This document shows, in pieces, positions 37,086-51,400 of a DNA stretch of 64,000 nt. A program made the translations under genes and the position numbers. The stretch is taken from positions 25,668,001 to 25,732,000 of the forward strand of contig NC_043021.1 in NCBI RefSeq assembly GCF_006345805.1, given 5' to 3'. Source of the stretch: Octopus sinensis. Its lineage: Eukaryota. How positions within the stretch are numbered: position 1 is the first letter of the stretch; every line of letters starts with the position of its first letter. The notes beneath the pieces were generated by a model, which was not told the DNA's origin, ran no database searches, and saw nothing but the letters and a program-made list of their open reading frames with translations.

Positions 37086-40000
37086 TTCTTACACCACACT
37101 GCTAAACACATGTTCGTTTTCCACTTATTGCCTCCTTACCCAATACCCATACCCCACTCTCTGTATTTACTCATTCACTACAATCTCATTTCCCTCCAGT
37201 CTCCTTTTTCTTTCTAATCACCATTACATCACTATTCCCATTTCTGCTAATGATCCCTCCTTGACTGCCAATTCATGATTTTTGTCTCAAGCTCATTCAT
37301 CAATTAGAGAAGGACCCTGTCCCTCCCAATAACAAAACTGTCAAAATGGAATCTCTGTGTTTAAAATGGTACAGCCATTACTATAACACATTAGAGGATT
37401 TAGCAGAACAGGACACAGAATTAAATTTATGGCTATCACCAGATGATTGAATACTATGAAGAACAAATTTATTCAATATACATAACAAATGTTAACCTTC
37501 TTGCAAAGATAAATGAATTAACTATTTATCCTATAAAACCCAGCCTAAGACTCAAATCTAATTAAAATGAAAACCCCTTTAAACATATTACTCTTCAAAC
37601 AACAGTTCTATTCCTGCCAATGGTCCCTTTGCACTTAAATATTTTACAATTGCCTATCAAACAACTGTCCAGTTAAAATACAACCTATATTTTAATTAAC
37701 TGAAACAGTAACAGGTTATGGATGAAGTCCAATAGTTTGATACTTCAGTCATTAATGACACTATGAATGCTTGTTAATCATCAAAGTTTGGCAATATTTT
37801 ATCAAGCTCAAGTAAAGCATGTTAATTTCAAATATTGGATTTAATATATTTAAGTTTGAATGGCCAAAGACAACTTTCCATTAGCATAGAATATAAAAGT
37901 CTGATCAAAGACTTGAGGCTATCAATGTTTGAAAGTGGATTCTATAACAACAAATATTAAATTGACTCAATAACTAGATGTGGTGCCAGAAAGAACCAAT
38001 AAAGTTGCATCAACAATTTAATCACAAACCATTTAAACAAATGGTTCTAGATGTAAGTGCAAAACCAAGCGAAGACATTGAAAAACATTATTAATGTTAG
38101 TGAAGTTGCTTTTGATAACGTTTAAGTAAGGAATGGCTGAGGTTAAGAACTTCACTTCACAGCCATGCGATTCAAGGGTTTGATTTTGCTGTGCAACTTT
38201 TGGGGAAGAGTCTACCATAGCCTAAGGTTAAACAATGCCTTGAGGATGGAATTTGGTTGACAGAAACTGTGGAGAAAGCTCATCTGCATATGTGCATGTA
38301 CATCTTTTGTTGGAGAAACCCAAAACCTGGCAATACCCCCTGTCACTCTTGCTTTCAGAATCTTAGTGGACAAGGGACAGACTCATTGGGAACCCATAAC
38401 CAACAGCATTATTGGTGACAGACTGAGATTATATTCAAGATTTTTCCAGGCTAGCATAGGTTTGGAAGGAGATTTTATTTGAGACAGGAATTTATAACCA
38501 AATGCTTTTGCAGTTCCTAACTTTACCTTTTTTTTCACCACTTCAAATAAGGGATATCTTTAATTCCACAAGTCTTTGGAAAGGCAAAGCAACTAGTCAT
38601 AATGTCAACACCAGCAACACTATGAATGCAGCCAGAATGACATTACACATCCGAATGCATGGCCATGTTGCTCAATTTGTGTTCTCGTCACTGAGGATCG
38701 GGCTGGGGTGACAGCTCATGTTGGTTGACCACATGCCACATGATCATGGCAGATGAGGAGCTATTTTGTAGAGATGGAGATTGACTGGGGCTCCGCTCAA
38801 CAAGTTGCTCGGGAGGACTTGGGAAATATACCGACAAATGGCAAAAGCAGCAGCGTGCTGCAATGGCACATGCCCCCACATCTGACTTGACCTCCTCGTA
38901 ACAGGAGAAGTTGTTGATTTAAATTAGAGTGGTTCGTCTGACACCAAATGGAAAGAAAAGCCAACATAGAATAACTTTAATGATAAAGCGTTGAAATTTT
39001 AAATGAAAAGCTAAAACAGATTTTCAAGAGAAACAAAATAACAGCAGCCAGTGCATTCTTGGTGGATTCTTTCAGGAATCAATAGAATTACTTGGAAATT
39101 TATTTTCAGCCAAAAAATAAATTATGTACACAAAAATGAAACAAGGAACAGGTTTATGAAATAAAAATTCTAAATAAGTCACAGCTAACATTACACACTA
39201 TTTTAAACATCCACAACCAAAATGCTTCGAGTTATAAATACTTGATTTTTTTTTACAAGTAAACCAGTAACATAATGAAATTGTTTCGATCTAAAAAAAA
39301 AAAAAAAAACCTACCTCAGCTTCTAACAAATATTGGATATTCAAACAGCAGTCAAATTTAACCTCACAGCAAGAAATTAATAAAAATCAATAAGGTTTTT
39401 AGTTAGCACCAAAAAAATGTCTGCATGCATGAGCTTCCAGAAAATTGAAGGAAAATATTACTTGAGAACAATCAATTTAAAATATGCTATAAAAATGAAA
39501 CAAGATTTTTTTTTCTTTCAGATAACCTTCAAAAGATGAGATTTAAAATAAATATCAATAGGAACACTTCTGACAACAGAAGCTAAAGTAAAACTAAAGG
39601 TTAACGACTGAACCTCAATTTTGAATTGATTTATTAGGAAAAAGAAGAACAAAAATAATCTAAAGCTTCTACATTTATCAATTTTAAAATCTTATCTAAC
39701 CCAATTTGCTGATGTCAATTGATCTGTGGAATGAAGAACAAAAGTTAAAGATAAGGATTCTTACTTACACAAGACATTCTATGTTAACACTGAATTCATT
39801 TTTTTTTAAAGCATAACCTAAATTTATTCTATTCAAAAATAAAGCAAATTCATCTTACTGAAAGCAATCAAAATACCATCTAAGCACCTAAATTGTTCTT
39901 TAAATCCAAGTCAAATCACAGAAAGACATTCCAGCTGTGATTATCTTATTTTGTTATATTTTTTTGTTAAAGAAATAGTATATCTAGGGCTACAATATCC

Positions 40001-40710
40001 AATATCTTCTTTCTTTAAAACTGCTAGGTGTGATTTGAAGAAAAACTAGTTACTATTTCTAGCAGGTTCAGTAACAAAGGGAAGACACCTTTGTTAAATC
40101 AAATACCTTATCATGAAATTAAACACCCAAGTATTTGAAAAACTGTACAGAGTATGACATCCTGAACTTTGGCAACTATAGTCACTGAATCTCTATGGTC
40201 TATAGTTACAAGAAACAATTTTGCAGCCCACATAATAGAGATACCAGGTGTCGATTGACATGTTAACAAATGCAAAAGTATATGAGAGGACAACTCACTC
40301 TAATTTGTCACTATCTAGTATTTGTTAGCTAATCAAATACTGATGCATACCAATGGTACTTTTTGATTGTCATATACCACAGAAGCCTTACAGATGGTAA
40401 TGTCATTCAATTCTTATTTCCCAGATTATAGTTATTATGGAGATAAAGAAAAAAATCCATGTTGCCATTAGGCATATCTTAGTCTCAGAAGAGGCAAGAT
40501 ATCCACCTTTTTCAATGCTAACACTTAGACATATACAAATTGTGAAGAAGTATTTACAATGAGTAAAGCAGCTATTTCTGATATTACAAATCAATATTAA
40601 CATGCCATTTTAATTAAATCTGGCATTCAATTCATATGCCTTTATGTAAGGAAATTATATCAAACAGTTTTATAACAATTCTCTTGCCTGGCCTATATAT
40701 AATCCTTTAA

Positions 40711-40901
40711 CCCTTTCAATACCAACCAAAGACTACCCAGTCTTGGGTGATCTAAATTAAACCTTTGCAACAAAATTTTATATTAATTTATATTGTGAAT
40801 ATCAGCTCAATAATGACAAAGTTATTTTACTAAATATTTCATTATTTTCAAAATTAACTGAGACCCCAAAAATGTCTTTCAGCAGAAATGTAATAAAAGA
40901 G
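40711..40901 (+). mobile_element. TTAA/piggyBac-type MITE family 2 (further partial copy at about 55906-56037)
   Basis: TTAA-CCCTTTCAATACC...AAAGAG-TTAA. Termini resemble those of the 20974-22014 element. Confidence 0.7.
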
Positions 40902-41301
40902 TTAATTGTAGACTTTAGTTTTAGTCAGTGCCCTTGAGGGCTAATTGATCATATTAACCCAACTAGTTCAATCCTTATCAGAACAGTTTTTAGATGGGAG
41001 TAAACATATACACAGACACATATACAACAAGCTTCCACACTTTCCACTCACAATTCATAACCCAAGACTATAGTTAAAAAAAAAACCCATCGGTCTAATG
41101 GATGCTAGTAGCATCAAACCCAGAACTACAAGGTTGTAAAGCAAATTTCTTAAGCACATAGCCATATCACCAACTATTAAGTTTCTTTTTATATTTTATT
41201 TTATTCTATTTTTACATTTCCAAAGAAACTATGTTTGATAATGAAAAAACAGAAAACCCAAGACAACTGACTAATTTTTTTTCTGTATTGTAATTATTTC
41301 A

Positions 41302-41490
<189 letters not shown>

Positions 41491-41967
41491 TTAAATAATT
41501 ATTTCAATCTTAAAATCTGCAAGTGTTTTAATACAAGTAAAAACAGAATGTAACAGAATGACATATATGTAAAAGGATAAAAAAAAAAAAGTTAATTTAT
41601 AAATTATAAAAAAAATATATAAAAGAAAATGTTGTTCCACTTGTATAATAATTCTAATGGACATATGTCTAAACCCTGCTGACAACTGAATGGTTGCTGC
41701 CATCTTATAAGGTTTCTCATGTAAAACTCAAACAAGCAACTGGACTTCAGAGATTAATTTTAACTCATCAAGTTTAACCAGTCCTTTTAAGATCGCTAAC
41801 ATTACTGTCTTCCAATAGTGCCATCACACACCTACATCAAGTCTTTTATAAGAAGCAATCAGGCTAGAGGGAGGAGCAAGAAATTTACTTATTTAGGACT
41901 TTGGTTTTTATTTCTACACCACCTCCCACTGAATCCACCACACACAAACAGACTGTTGCAATAGTGG

Positions 41968-42183
41968 TTTCAAATTTTGGCACAAAGCCAGCAATTTCGG
42001 GAGAGTGGGGGGGGGGTCGATTATATCGACCCTAGAGCTCAACTGGTACTTATTTTACTGACCCTGAAAGGATGAAAGGCAAACTCAATCTCAGTAGAAT
42101 TTGAACTCAGAGCATTAAGATGGACAAAATGCCATTAAGCATTTCGCCCAGTGTGCTAACGACTGTGCCAGCTTGCCACTTTA
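41968..42183 (-). mobile_element. tRNA-derived SINE family B in PP1 intron 1
   Basis: Reverse complement reads ggcaagctggcacagtcgttagcacactgggcgaaatgctta...ctgagttcaaatt...tttgcctttcatcctttcaggg...gccttgtgcc-like end. Confidence 0.85.
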
Positions 42184-44749
42184 GATTGCTGCAATATTAT
42201 CAGATATTTTCTCTTTCTGCCTTTATCATATTTACTGCACACAAAACTTCTGCCAGACTTCCTGACATTTGCTTCATACACAGTTACCAAATGCAAAAAC
42301 TTCAGTCGTTTCAGTGTGAGGTGGTAAGTCCTAACGGGGTTACTCTTGTTTTTAGCCTATTCTCCAGCAAACTCCAACCCTTGGCAAACCTTTTGACAAT
42401 TTTCCCGTTATGAACATCTACAAAAAATAACTGTGCTACAGTTTTGTAAATGGAGCAATCAAACTCCTCATCATGCCAAATTAACAAGACATCATCATCA
42501 CCATCTGTGGCAATGGAAACAGTAAGATCAGTCTTTCCTGCTTTGAGCCTGTCAACTTAATAACCACTAGTAGGATTTCTATAAAAATAAATCTACAAGC
42601 GATCTGCTTTCCTACACTACACTAGGGACCTCTAACTGTGTGAACTTTAGCAAAAGCAACATTATTGTCACATCTGTCACAATCTCTAGTCACCATGAAC
42701 AGATGTTGGAGAAACCTTTTAAAGAGAAGGAAATCTGGTCTTTTACAGTAGATACAAAGCAATCACTACACAAAGGAAATATAGTCCTTAACTCTTGGAC
42801 ATGGAAACACACAAAGCCCTCTGCAAGCATATGCAACTACAACTCTGTCAAAACCGCTCCCAAATACTCCTAAAAATATTACTGACTGTTGCTATGCTCC
42901 CATATGCTGTTTCTTCTCTTTGTTTCTTACAGTTATTGCAATGGCTTCTACTCATTGAAATTTAGGAACTGTTAAAATAACAATCTGATGTTGCTATTGG
43001 AACAAGAGATTTCTAAGAACAGTAATGACATACAATTGAAAAGAATATGAACTAATGCAATTATTTTTAATAATAAGCAAATAATTGATTCATGATTAAG
43101 CAAGGACATCAAATTTAGATAATTTGCCTAAGTATGAACATGTTGATGTAGTCAGATGATATTTTTTACTAAATTGTGACTATACAGAATTAGTCTCAGG
43201 GAGAAAGATAATCAGTAACACGCAGCTGAAGCTAAGAACTGAAATCAGATCCCCTGCCATCACTACTAGACACACAATTTTGATTTAGCTACAAATTACG
43301 CCATCATCTAGCCAATCCAATAAAATTATTTAAAAACCATTTTCCCAAAGACCTTTAACAAACTCTTTTAAAGAAATTAAGAGCGAAAATCAATATTCTT
43401 GACCTTAAGAGGATGTAGTTATGATGTCAGAGTTGGAAGCAATTATTGGTTTGCTGCTAGAAAAAAAAAAAAAAAAAAAAAAAAAAAAAGCCCCAAAACT
43501 CCAAATACATTGAATTAAAATTGTCAGTTTCACAGAGATTAATTGGACTCTTTACAACAAAGAAAATAATTCAGGTTTCAGGACTTAACTTTCTAGCATT
43601 TTAATTTAATGTAATCTTTCATGTTACATTTCATTTTATAATCCAACATAAAATGAAGGGTTGAGTATCTAAAGAATTTCTTGTAGCCTATCTGTAACCT
43701 TTAAATCCAAACTTGTAAGTAACCTGATGATTACACACTGGCCACCTGCAGTGTATGCTCTCAACAATCCATATAGCTAATTATATAAACTGATTAATCT
43801 AATTACAGTGGTACGATAAACTGAAGAGTCCAAGTCAAAGGTTTCACATACCAACTTCACAACCCTAATATCTTTTTAGTTGTTGCAGATAGGTTAAAAC
43901 TTTCCATCAAGTACCAGTAAGATTATTAACTCAAAATATTAAAGAACAAAAAGAATGTATTCAATGTAAGAGAGAAAATGTCAAATGAAGTGTTTAGTGT
44001 TATGAATTAGATTTAAATGGTTACGAAAAATAGGAGGTGGGGTAGACTTTCAGCAGTGATATGAGTATTTTGAAATTAAGCCTGCAAAAAGTTCTGAAAG
44101 ATTAAACAGATTTCACATGACAACTGCCAAAAAAGACTCATGCCATGCACAAAAAATTATTATACCAAGGAAAACAGCTATGTGTTAATCAGGATTTTAT
44201 AAAAATATTCAACATGTTGATATATGAAACTAAAACCAAAGATTTCATTTCTAAAATAAGATAGACAATTCTAGAATTGACATTGCAAGAAATATTAGAG
44301 AACAGGTTGTATGTGAATGTCTCCCAAATAATATCTTACACTGTAAAGCTATTTGCAAAATTCTATAAAGTAAGAATGATTGAGAAATAATGGGGAAAAA
44401 AATCAAAGCAGCACTGAATTCTAAAACAATTTCAAACTACATCAGGTTATTCACCAGACAGCTCAAGTTATTTTCAAATATGTTGCAGTTGATCTTATTG
44501 AATAAAAGACTGCAGTTGATGGAATTGGTAATTAAAATGTATAAAGTAAAAAGAGCAGAAAATATAATTCCATAAATTATATTTGAAAATATTACACATT
44601 AAAAAGTAGGGAAAAACAAAATTCTATGAAGAGTTTAAAATTGATTGATTGAACCTGAATTTTTTATCTTTATTTAGACATTATTATTATTATTATATTT
44701 TAACGAATTATGGTGTAGTTAAAAATATTATTTAGCAGAGATGACAGAG

Positions 44750-45240
44750 TGAGCAGCAGTCTTCCATGCAAACTATGTGAAAGCCTGTTTTATAACAGTC
44801 CAACATTGAACATTTGTTTAAATAACTAGCCATCACAAACCATCAAAGCCAAGTGCCGACTTTCTTCACACTTTCTACACCAATGTATCCAGTTGGAACT
44901 GATCAAACCAGTCTTGCAGCAGCTCTACTCAAACACTGCTATTCCCACCACCACCGCTTGCCAGGAAGTATCCAGAAACTTATATCTAAAGACTACTCGT
45001 CTCCACTTTCTCTGGTCGACAACCATATTCAGTAGAATAACTGGTCTCGTCGTAACAATGGATTAAAAAGGTAAGTCAGATGCTCTTTGGATTGCTAGAA
45101 TAAGGAATAGTTAACCTCTACAAGACAAAGGAAACATGAAACTGTAGTCGTCACCCAGCAACTGGCAACATTCAACATTGACATTGCTGCAGAGAAGCCG
45201 ATCTCAGTTACCATCTCTTTTGGAAATGGAAATCTCAATA
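44750..45240 (+). mobile_element. Possible old RTE 5' end/endonuclease start
   Basis: Manual translation gives VVVTQQLATFNIDIAA...LFWKW, similar to VARELARYNIDIAAL...FFWSG. Confidence 0.35.
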
Positions 45241-48200
45241 AGAAAGGTGTGTGCTATTGATTATGATGATGACGACAGCATGCAGCACGATTTGCTGTAA
45301 AAAAATTAAACTGGTGGAAGATCTGAAGCTAAACACAAACACCAAAAACAAAGAAAAGAAAGAAAAAAAGTCCTCTCATTTGAGAATACTTCTGAAGGAT
45401 TCACTGCCTTTACCTTTTCTCTCCACTTGGTGTGCACATGCATAACGATATACATACAAGTATGCACATACATTAACATTTTTCATATAGGCTTGTTCTA
45501 AGTTGGAATGGGTCAATAATGGCTATGTGAGGCAGTAATCCACAACCGGATGCCTTTCCTAACACCAAACCTTGTTTTTCAATTAAATTATATTCTCCTA
45601 AGCCTTGGCACAGCTAACTGCTGCTTGCTTTATTTCTGCGACATCTACACTGACAAACTACCATCACACACACACAGCCACGCACTATCTGTTCATGGTT
45701 TTCTGTCTCATTTGTATGCTATTGTCTTCTGCATTCTAAACACTTTCCTTTGTAGCACCCATCACCTCAGTAATATTAACTATCCAGAAGTGCGGTACCA
45801 TGAAATTTGAAGTTTTAAGACTTTGCACTGAAATTAGGCTAAATCTGATAAGATATTCTGCCATTTTCCTTTCCTGTTAAATTACTTGTACCCTGAGAGT
45901 TTGCTCTGGCATCCTGTCACTATATCTCTGTCTGCTCCCCAGCTGCTGCTGCTGCTACTGCTACTCATTCCTATATCATACTTCAGTATCTGAGTATCTG
46001 GTATAAAGTCCCCTCCCCCTCCTTACCTCCATGCCCAAGGTTTGTTTGTTTTCCTCAGTGACCTCACTAGTACCAGTAGCATGGAAAAGGCACCCACCAC
46101 ACACTGTAAGGTGGTCGGTATTGGGAGGGGCACCCAGCCATAGGAATCATGCTACACATGACACATGGAAAAAAAAAAAAAAAAAAAATTCGATTAAATG
46201 ACAAAGATGCTGATGATGTCTTATTTTGTAGAACAGACAAGTTTACAGAGAGAGTACACTGTCCAGTGTATTACCCTTTATTTTAAATGGTGAAATAGAG
46301 TTTGACAGAAACTCAGCTATTAGAAGAAGGTCAATGCTTTCTTGTGTATCATTAGTACAAAGAAATGTAAAATGTAAAATACACCCATCACTTTGGAACA
46401 AACCACAAGCACCACTGGAAGAGTGGGGAGAGGATACAATGGAATTCCACTGTAGCTAGAAATACTGAGAGGACATGTTTGGAATGTCCTTGACAATAGG
46501 GTTGATCTCAGGCTAAACCATAACTATTGTAGAAGAGAAAATGCATGCCTGTACACAAGTGATCGTTAAGATTCATAATTAGAGAGGTGGGGAGGGGGAG
46601 TCCTTGAACATTAAGAACTGACCTACAACAAACTCCTAACAGATATCTGTGATTTGGAGTAGCAGTGATCAAAAAGGCTGCATATGTAGAACTTAGTTAC
46701 CGTTGAGAACTGACCTACAATGGATGTCTAACATACTGTAAAATGAAATCACAAGTTGATTAAGTAGAACATAGACTTTGATACGTAATAATATTGATTT
46801 CAAATATTAGTACAAGGTCATACATTTTGAGGTGAAAACAACCAATTAAACTTCTCTTCTCCACCCCTTCCCAGCTTCTTGTTTGGAACCTTATCAATTC
46901 CAGAAAGATAGGAGGTATAAATGAACAAAAATGAGATTTGGACCCAGAACATAAAGTACCATAACAAAATCCCACAAGGCAATAAATAAAAGCTGCCATA
47001 TAAACAAAAGCATGATGATGAAAGATAAGGAGTGCAAATGATGAAATGAAATCACAAGTTTTTAGTCCTCCACAGGTGCACATCCACACACACCTTTCAA
47101 ACTCTATATTCCACATTCATCTCACTCCCTTTCACTTTTACATGAAGACTTTAAAATAAAGCTCTTGATTCATGTGCAATGAGAGAAGCCAATAAAAAGT
47201 CTCCCAGTTTAGTGACAAACAAGGAAAAAAAAAAAAAAAAAAAAAAAAAAAAGACAAGTTCACGGATGAGTTGCCACAATATTTAAAATCGGCTTTCATT
47301 GAAACACTGTTTCTGAAGCCGAAATCTATACGAAAGAAAATAAGTGATATTGTTGTGATCTGGAATGACCCAACTTCTAAGTAATGATCTTACTACGTAT
47401 CCCAATGATTAGATCAGGGAATAATTTGTAATTTTAAGACAAAATGATAAACAATGGTGTAAGAAAAAAAAACAACATAAAAACATACTAGATGATATGG
47501 AAGAAAACCAGATTGTTTTCAAAGATATAGAAAAAGTATTTAATATTCTTCACTGTGTGAAGAGGAAAGCAATGGTAATTAGTGAAATTAAGAAAACTGC
47601 TTTAAGTACGTTTTGTGTATCTATTAGCTGTGAATGGTAGTAATGCTAAAACAAGGAAAAAAAAAAAACCTTAAACACAGAAATATTATCACCTGTTCAA
47701 CAGGAGGTGACAGCTTAGATGATCTAGTTGTGTTAAAAAAAAAAAAAAACTGAAAAATTGTTTGTAGAACAGGAATTGAATGAAAGAAAATATTTAGTTG
47801 GCAGAAATAATTCCAAATGCAAGTAATTGATAGTTGATCAGACATAAAACTACATCAACTGTCAAAAATAGACTACAAATGGCAAAACAATCTAAAACCC
47901 ATTTCTTTAAGAATGATCCCACTATGGAACACAGTTTGAAAGTCAGAGAGATTTAAGGCATTGAATAGTATTATATGAAAGTGAGTTGAAAAAAGTTATG
48001 CAGCTTAAAATTAGATGAGACTGCTGGTTATATTGAATATAGAAGACAAGGCAAGAAACAATAGTAATGGTGCTAAAGATTTACAATATCAAAAAGAAAC
48101 AAAAAGAAAATTGTTTCAATATCTTCCAACAAAAATAAGTGAACAGAATGAGCAGAATTCCAAAGAAAGACCATGTAGAATAACCTCTACAAGATTTACT

Positions 48201-48340
48201 CTTACTGGACTGTAAGCCATGTTGGGAATCCCAAAAGGTTTTATTAAGCCCTGTTTGTTAAACCACTAAGTTAGGGGACATACTGACACAACACAAGTGC
48301 TTACATCAAGTGTAAATGTAGCAAGATACAGATATACACC

Positions 48341-48403
<63 letters not shown>

Positions 48404-51400
48404 TGTTGTAATTCTATGTTCATCTCTCCAAATAACAAAAAAACAAGAGAGAAATGAGTGAAACTTATCAAATATTCAAACTTAATAAACTAGGGAAACA
48501 TGAAAGTGGTGGCAGTGATGGTGGGGGAAAGGTTTACTGAAATAATTTTGAAATATTTACAAGAAAAATCAAAATGTAAAAGTGCTTTGACATATTCTTG
48601 TTAGATGTGAACAAACAGGCCCCTGATTTCTTTGAAATTATAATTGTTATAAACATACTGTGAAGACAGTGAGAGGATTGGTGGGTGAAGTAAGAGAGAG
48701 GTGAATCTAAGTAGGGGCAGAAAGTGATTAGAGTGAACAAGGCACAGAGCTGTTGGGTTTCAGCAAAGAAAGGTTTAAAATAAACAATAAAAGCAACATT
48801 TATATTAAAATTGAAATTGAAGATTTTAATAACATTTTAAATTGTTTCAAACGATTAAAGTTTTGCTTACGTATACACTTGTGTTACTATCATTACAACC
48901 ATCACACGCATACATACACCATTATTTACAAGCAAAATTAGTAAATTTCAAATTTTCTTTATTTTAAAAATAAAAACATTAAGAAATATATAAACATGAA
49001 ATTTTATATTGGAATTAAGAAAAATAGTGGCAGATTTCAGGGTGCAATAAAAAAGCTTGTACATAAAAGGCAAGATAAGGTGTTTGGTAATACTAAACAA
49101 CAAAACAGTTAAAAATATAAACCATGAGAAACAATATAAAAGCAAGCAAGTTTCCATCCAAAAATATAAACAAATAAACTAAAATGCAACAAAAATTATC
49201 TTTATGTAAATCAATAGTGTGGCATGACAAAATGTTGTATTTATCAGTCATTAGTTAAAATGTGCAACTGGAAATTTTTCATTTATTTTTGAGAAAATTT
49301 ACAGGCAAGTTTTAAAAAGATTCATTAAATGTTTTGTAATACAATAGGAATAATTTATCAAATTATGTTCTTGAGAAAAATAAACTCCAATATTAATTAC
49401 ACAGTATAATGATTTAATTTATCAATCAAAAAAGTATAATACTAAGTAGAGGATTATAAACAGCAGGCACAGGCATAAAAGCCATGCTCATATATATGAG
49501 ATTTGAAAAATCTTCAGGGCATTACCAATTCTAGACTCTTTACAATCAATACCAACCCATGGGGAGGGGGTTATAATTGAAAATAATAACACTGAGAGTT
49601 CAACTGATATTTAAAAGCTGTTTCATAAACTTAGCAATGGCCTACTTTCTGACCTAACTCACCTTCTTAAAACCTAGTTATCAAATCATAACCCAAAGTC
49701 AATCACACGTTTACATAAAAAGAATTGCAATACAGAAAATTTCAATTATATCAAGAGAACGACCAGAAATGCCAACATTTTTGCTTATTTGTTATTTACC
49801 AACAAGAAAGCTATTGTACAATGTAACAGAAAAATAGGTTTTATAGTTAATAAACTAACTACAATATTATTACTATCAAGATTCCTCAAAATGGGTGCAA
49901 AATTTTACAGACACAACTCTTATAAAAAAGTAACTAAAAAAATTCTTAGCAAATATTTTTTAAACCCTTCTTATATTTTTCATTTGATACATGCAGACAT
50001 ATATAATGGTCATATTGGGAAAGGTGGGGGGAGAACCACTGATTCATCAGAGAAAACTTAAGCTCTCCTAAAAATTCCATATTCTTTCATGGACCTTCAT
50101 ATGGGGTGCCTGAATACATTTCCTCAGAAACAATTAGTCAAATTCTTTGAAACAATGGTCTGTGTGAATCACCATTTCTCTGCAAATCCACTCTTGAAAA
50201 GGCAGTTAATGGGGGAAGTCTTTCATTCAGAGTCACTGATGGTTCTAAAGCTCACTCACTCACTCACAATCTAAAGAAATAAATAAAATAGAAAAAGAGA
50301 GAAAGAAAACCAGCCTTGTTGCAATTCAGATTTTGAAGAACTTTGCTGTTTGCACTTTCAAAGCTGTCATTACAAACCCATCACCAGTTGACATTATACA
50401 AACCTTGCTTTGAACCAACTGCAGAAGCCAAAAGTTTGTCATTTCCCCCAGCTGTGGCAAAAAGAAAACCCCTAAAATTCTGAGATAGCAGCCAAAGCCT
50501 GTTTTTTTGCATTTTTTTTTTAAATCTGTTGCAGGTTAAATTTTATAATGTTGCTCAAGGTACATGAAAGAACCATTATACATGAAGGCCAGGAGAAAAA
50601 GGGTAGTGCTCAATGGCCTCTGCAGGTCCTCCAAGATTGGTCAGTGATTGATAGTTGATGATTGCAAAAAAAGACATGCAAATTGATTAGTGCTAGGCCT
50701 GGTGAGTTAGGCACAATATGGATAATAAATTAGTCAAGAGTAACAGGTAGTACTCCAGAGCAGAGGCCATTGCTGTGACAATAAGACACAGAGAGGAGAA
50801 ACAACACAATTGTGAACCAGAGGCTGATGCATGCCTCTCAATAACTTCATGCCAATCAGTCAAGTGGCCTTTCCTCTGGACGTGGTATACGATGTCTGCA
50901 TGTGTATAGTAGCAGCTCCGTCCAAAAGGTGAAATACCACAATCTCATATGGGTTCCACCAAAGTTTTGTAGAAAGTTGTTAGAGTATGAAGTATTTTCT
51001 GGCTCTCAAGAAAACGATCAGTTTTAAGATGCAGTCTTTGCTAGGTTAAGGATGTGTATAGGAGATCACGAATGATAGTGAGGTGTAGCATTTGGACCAA
51101 TGGCAAAGATTCTTGTGTGCAGCTATGTTTAAATTGGTGGTGCTGAGGTGCAATGTCTTTTTGTCTGTGTTTTTTTTTTTTTTTTGGTGAAACAAGATTA
51201 AAATGATTTTATTGAAGGAAGTTTTGGAAGTCTAGGTTTCATAGAATATATGAAAATTTGGTGCAGTGTTTCTAGGCTTCATGTGTTAGGAAGGAACGAA
51301 GAATTGCATTCTGTGTATGGGTAGGCATTGTTGGCAGTGGCAGTAAGTAGGTCATTAATGTATAGGGGGAAAAGTGGGGTGGGAGGAACCAAACCATGGG

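Noticed and set aside
47693-47749. Apparent cag|...cag|gtgata mini-exon in intron 1
   Set aside because: It would start with 15 T and has an in-frame stop. Chance splice-like motifs are expected in 22 kb of AT-rich intron.
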